Positions 58,920 through 64,000 of a DNA stretch of 64,000 bases are shown piece after piece (within the stretch, counting starts at the first letter, position 1; every line of letters begins with the position of its first letter). The translations under genes were made by a program, and so were the position numbers. The notes under the pieces are model-generated. The model was not told the DNA's origin. It was given only the letters and a program-made list of their open reading frames with translations, and did no database searches. This DNA is from Amphiscolops sp. MND2022 (taxonomy: Eukaryota): assembly GCA_964187785.1 (NCBI GenBank), contig OZ076409.1:99202001-99266000 (forward strand), given 5' to 3'.

Positions 58920-61900
58920 TCCCATGGCAAACTTCCCATTGAATTCATTTACAAACTCTTGTTGTCAAACGAATTCAAAGCTAAATTGTTCTGGCGTTGC
59001 ACACGCAAAAAATATAGGTCTGAACAAAATGAATAGTTTGTTTCTGGTGTAATTTCAGATATAATCAATGAGATTTTGTAATCTTTACATTCAGGGTGTT
59101 TTTACTAATCCGTTTTGTTGCGCTCTTTGAAAATTACAATTAAAGAGGAAGCAGTTTGAATTCGATCGTGAAGCGGTGAAAATTTCTAAACACTAATCCT
59201 AGAATACCAGCTGACCATGCCTTTGAAAGCTAATTTGGATTTCCTTTCTATTCTTTGCTTCACTTGGGAATGAGCTAGGAATTGTATATCTCCTTTAATT
59301 TCCATAGTCTTACTAAAGAAAGCATTGTTCTTTAGTTTGAATAGGTTTGTTAGTTATTTTTTGCTTTGGTTTTCTTTTGGGTGTTTTTATCAAAAACTTT
59401 CGCTAACCATGATGGTTGCTTGAATCTGTACACTCAAAAACTTTTGTTCCTTTCATCCCTTTGTTGGTATAAAACTTGAACATCCTGTAATGCATCATAT
59501 ATTTTTGTTTTTTGTTAGGTCACACACAAACGTGGGTGTTGTTTTATAATTTGATTGTTTAACCAAATCTTTATGGCCATTGAACGACTGCGGTTTTGCT
59601 TTTTGATATGGACAAAGGGGGAAGTTTTAAGTATCTTCCTTGATTTCAGCTGGACATTCTAAATCACATTCTACGACGAATCCAGTCTCGTTGTCTGAAA
59701 TCATTAACAAATCTTCTACTTTTTCCAAAAGAACATTATCATCTGGAAGAGTTAGTTTTCAGAAATCACCAGTACGAAATTATTGCTCATTTCACATCCG
59801 TATAGAATTTTAGCATCGATGTATAAAGTTTTGTTATTAACATCCAATTCAACGTATATATCGCACATTACACAGGAAACTCCGTCACGGCTTTTTTCCA
59901 ATAGTAACGACAACTCTTTGGAGTGTATATAATCTAACTTGATCTTGATGATTTTCAAACCTGCTTTCCATGTATATCAAGGTGCTGAGTAAAGGTACAA
60001 GGGATTGATACCATTATGTTGCGTACATGTTTCCACAAGGTGTTCACTTATATCTGGTAATGAAGAACATCCTTTTATAGGGATAATATAGTAACCTCTT
60101 GACCATTCTTTATATTACAATTTCGAAAGATTTCATTTCTACAGTCCAGGTCTTTTTCGTTTGCTTATGTTTGATTCACTGTTGACCAGCCGTGGTGGTT
60201 TTCGAGGCTTAGTGGCTGGCTAATATGTTTCAGGTCAAAGTATTCATAAGGTTAAGCAAGCTTGTTTGAATAAAATATCGATTAAACCCTCGACGACCAT
60301 ACACTCTAAACAATCCAAAGATGCTAAAAGTTTTTGTACACAAGAAAAAAGCGTTCTAAAACTGTGTCCAGGCAACATAACCAACCTACTTGGACTGACA
60401 CTGATTTTTCTAAACTCTTACGTATTATCGTTGTTTCAAAGTTTTGATTGAATGATTCGGTTAAAAGATATTCAAAATGACAGTCAAACGCGCGAAAGTT
60501 AAGGAAAAATAGAGTAACAAAACTTGAGCTTTTGCTTTACAGCTGAGAGTACACTTCTTATGAGCTGCTCCTCTTCCTTTTCCTGTTAGATGATCATCCA
60601 ATAAAAAAGGAGCTTCACAAAACCAACACAATTTAGATACTTGGAAACTTGCTTCTTCTTCAGGAGATATTTGCAGTGATACATTTGTATTGAAACGCTT
60701 GCTAGAAATGTTTCTAATTCGAATATCTTACGAAACCGTTTTGTCTACTAACCGTTTTACACAGTCTGTTCCAAATTATGAGTAATACTGATTACCAAAT
60801 AGCGATCTTATGTATTAACCAACAGCAATCGAATGTTGTGTGAATAACATTTCGGTGTTGACTTGGGGTTGGTTGAAACATTCGATATCTGGACAAACTT
60901 TTTTTGGTACTGGTAGTGTCTTACGGTCGTCATCAACGGTGTGATGATCCTTCCAACTAAAACCAACATTAATTGGTCGTTGTTTTATACATCTTTCAAA
61001 AAGATCATTAAGGACGTCTTAAGACCCGAATGCTGGTAAACATCTTATACATACATGTTTCATACGTGAACCTTTATATATGCGAGTAGTTTTGTAAAAA
61101 GACAAAGGTGAATTTCATTCAAAAAATATGTCTTTTTGTTCTGAGTAGTTATTATTTCATAAACAGGTGACAAAACATTATCGTTCAACTCAAAGACATT
61201 TAAAATCAATTTTTTAGGTTTTTCAAACTTGGGATTGTCGTTATCGTTCATAGGGAATTCTAAATTTTCTATGTTTAACACAGACATATACGTATCATAT
61301 TTTGAAGTTCTATCTTTCTGATCCTGAACATAAAAGATACACCACAAAAATATCTGATCACATCATTTCCGATATTTATAATTGTCTGATTCTCTCTTTA
61401 TTTCTCTGGTAACTCAACCCAAGAAGAAGCTCGAATATCATTGACTGTAAATATTTATAATATCACATCTTGTATATGTTGAAAAACAAAACATGATTCT
61501 CCCAATTATCCATCATCTAATTTCTCCATCGGTATTGGATGAACATCTTGATCCATTAGATTCAATTTTGAATTTGATTTCACCCATTTGTGAAATAAAT
61601 GTTCTTCTCTATTACCGTATGTTGAAAAACTGAATAGATACCTTAATTGAAACCTATATCGAAGGAAGTCGTTTTGGAAGTCCAGAAATCTAATTTTTGA
61701 GGTTTTCGAGCAGTTTTATTTTCAATTTGATGTATGTTTTTTCATTCACAAATATTTTTACTTGTTGACCAAGTTGATTCAACTAATCACTTTGTTCGTT
61801 ACTATGTTGATTAGACTGGTTACTCTGTTGGATACTTTGTTGACTTTTCTCGATGTGAGTTTCAATTTGGAAATGTCTTGCTTCATCAGATATTTAAATA

Positions 61901-62030
61901 TCACAATCTTCACAATATACTCTTGTTTCTTTGTTTCGATTCGTATAATCTTTCGAACTTGGATGAGAATTTTCATCTGATAAATGCATTAAAAAAGCTA
62001 CAGTTTTCACAGTAAAGTTGGGCGGAGGCA
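58920..62030 (-). pseudogene. Polinton copy C pPolB, heavily decayed
   Basis: Fragments LALNSFDNK, KNNAFFSKTME, MMHYRMFKFY, CWFCE..DHLTGKGRGAAH, NLEFPM. Confidence 0.8.
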
Positions 62031-63113
62031 AAAAATGTTTTGGAAGTTTTCTCGTAATGCAAACTTTGGAAAATACTTCTTTCGAAGCAATTCATAACAG
62101 GACGACGTTTTTTTTCAAACAAACAAAATCAAAAAGTGAAGTGTGTTGAAATTCATAGCCCAAAGTGAAATAGTTTAGCTAGAATTCTTCACAGAAATGT
62201 CAAATCTGATGTAAAGATCAGGTTCCTTGTCGTCTGGTTTTCAAAATCTTTCCACTGATAAGTTGTTTTTCCTCCTAGCATCGACATTGAATACAAAACA
62301 GTTTGATGTAAAAAGCTAATGGTATTGAAAAAGAAAAATTGATTCGAAAAACAAACAGTTTACCCAAAGGATTCACTTTTATAGCTTCTTTTCTGGGACT
62401 TTTCTGAAAATGCGAAGGGAAAAACTTGTTTTTTTTTGGGCCATTGCGTGCAAGGGAACGAAATCAAAGTACCAAAAACAAAGATTGACGTTCGATTGAC
62501 GTTTTCAGACTTCGTTGGTTTGAGAAAAAAAACGAACTCAGAAATTGTATCATCTTTGAGGCATAAAAACTGCTTCGAATTGTCACTGTTGACCTATTTC
62601 ACCAAATTATAAAAAACAAGGACTACAAACTCAAAGGTCTAAAAAGTCTAATTTCAAAAATTCATTTATTGTTGTTAGTTGGAAAAAAAACATCAAAGTT
62701 GCTCTAAATTTGGTTCTGAAGCGAAAAAGTTCAAAGCTTGAAACATAGTACGTATAGCAAACAAGTTTTATCAAAAATAATAATGTAAATACTCAAATGA
62801 AAAAAAAAGTATTTGAAAAAAAGTGTGTTTCTCAAGAAAGTATTTCTGCGACGTATACGTTAATACAGTGTTTTTTCTTGAAGCTTCAATCAATGATTCT
62901 TCTGCACTGATAAGGTCAGAAAACGGGTTCTTTTTTTCATCACCGAAGATAAAAAACTGACTTCAAGATGAGGAAACAAAATTTAAAAAGATGAAATATT
63001 CGATCACCTTCAAGATGACCGGATTGATCACCAAAAAACAATCCGGTGCGGAACACTTGACCACAGAACCTGGAAAGAAAACAAGGTTCTTTTTGAAAAT
63101 CCATTTTGGAAAG

Positions 63114-64000
63114 AACAAGACGAGAACGTCTAAAGTCGGCGCTATATCTAAGGCTAAAAAAGCGCAATACATTTTTTTGGAAAAAACTTGAGATTTTCGA
63201 AAAAGTTTTCTCTTTCGGAAAATGTCGCACAGTGCCGGAAAATGTAAAAGGGGGGACTCTATTTGATTTATAAACATGCATTCTGTTGCAGAATAACAAA
63301 AAACTTAAAGGGGGATCCTTCGGGACATTAAAAAATTTTGGAAAAAAGTCGCACAGTGCCGAAAAAAATAAAAAGGTGGACCCTTTGGGCACGTCCGGTT
63401 TTGTAGGTTACGTTAAAAAAGTGAAAAATGAAAGGAGGGACCCTTTGGAGACAGAAAAAATTTCGAAAAAAAGTCGCACAGTGCCGAAAAAAAATCGAAA
63501 GGGGGGACTCTTTAGTCCCGTCCTGTTTTGTAGATTACCTTGAAAAAGTGAAAAATGAAAGGGGGGACCCTTTGCACTAAGTTTACCTTGGCCCCTTTGC
63601 CGGACTGGGCGTCTTAGGTGGTTTCAGGATTGTTTCTAAAAAGTGGACCGATCAGTGTGAGGATTGTAGTCTGAAGAAAAACAAGACGAGAACGTCTAAA
63701 GTCGGCGCCATATCTAAGGCTCAAAAAGCGTAAAACACTTTTTTGGAAAAAAATTGAAATTTTTGAAAAAATTTTTCTTTCAAAAGAAGTCGCATAGTGC
63801 CGAAAAATGTAAAAGGGGGGACCCTTCTGGATTTATTAACAAACATTCCGTTGCAAAATATCAAAAAACTCAAAGGGGGGACCCTTTGGGGACATTAAAA
63901 AATTTTCGAAAAAAAGTCGCACAGTTCCGAAAAAAATCCAAAGGGGGGACCCTTTGGACACGTCCGGTTTTGTATGTTTCCTTGAAAAAGTAAAAAATGA
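63114..64000 (-). mobile_element. Two nested HINE family 1 copies (second starts at 63680, runs off the window)
   Basis: AACAAGACGAGAACGTCTAAAGTCGGCGC at 63114 and 63680. Confidence 0.7.

Overview
AT-rich eukaryotic (probably invertebrate animal) genomic DNA, dominated by mobile elements. (1) 1-6633 is the right part of a young Polinton/Maverick (adintovirus-like), copy A. It carries the major capsid 3' end (one premature stop), five small ORFs, an intact 1191-aa protein-primed PolB, a convergent HNH endonuclease and an ...ACTACT terminus that folds back on an internal inverted copy. (2) Two host genes lie on the minus strand: a GANP/SAC3 (MCM3AP) homolog, whose SAC3-domain coding sequence is interrupted by two transposons, and eIF1/SUI1. 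(3) 20.2-33.2 kb is a nest: an outer LINE holds a foldback MITE and a 5'-inverted inner LINE, which in turn holds a Ty3/Gypsy LTR element and a 1665-bp tandem duplication. (4) About 33.5-48.1 kb is a decayed Polinton copy B (protease, minor capsid, two packaging ATPases, integrase, major capsid, pPolB), followed by a ~6-kb tandem segmental duplication. (5) About 57.5-62 kb is an older Polinton copy C. Helentron/DINE-1-like (HINE) repeats are scattered throughout. The two most striking signals are: a family of about 19 tiny (18/21/36/39 bp) GC-rich mini-hairpin modules, mostly TA-flanked and frame-preserving, scattered through Polinton B and absent from orthologous positions in copy A's pPolB; and a hAT-like MITE that appears to form a precisely spliced GC-AG intron (Introner-like) in GANP. 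All calls come from reading the sequence by eye; no database search was run, and boundaries of decayed genes are approximate.
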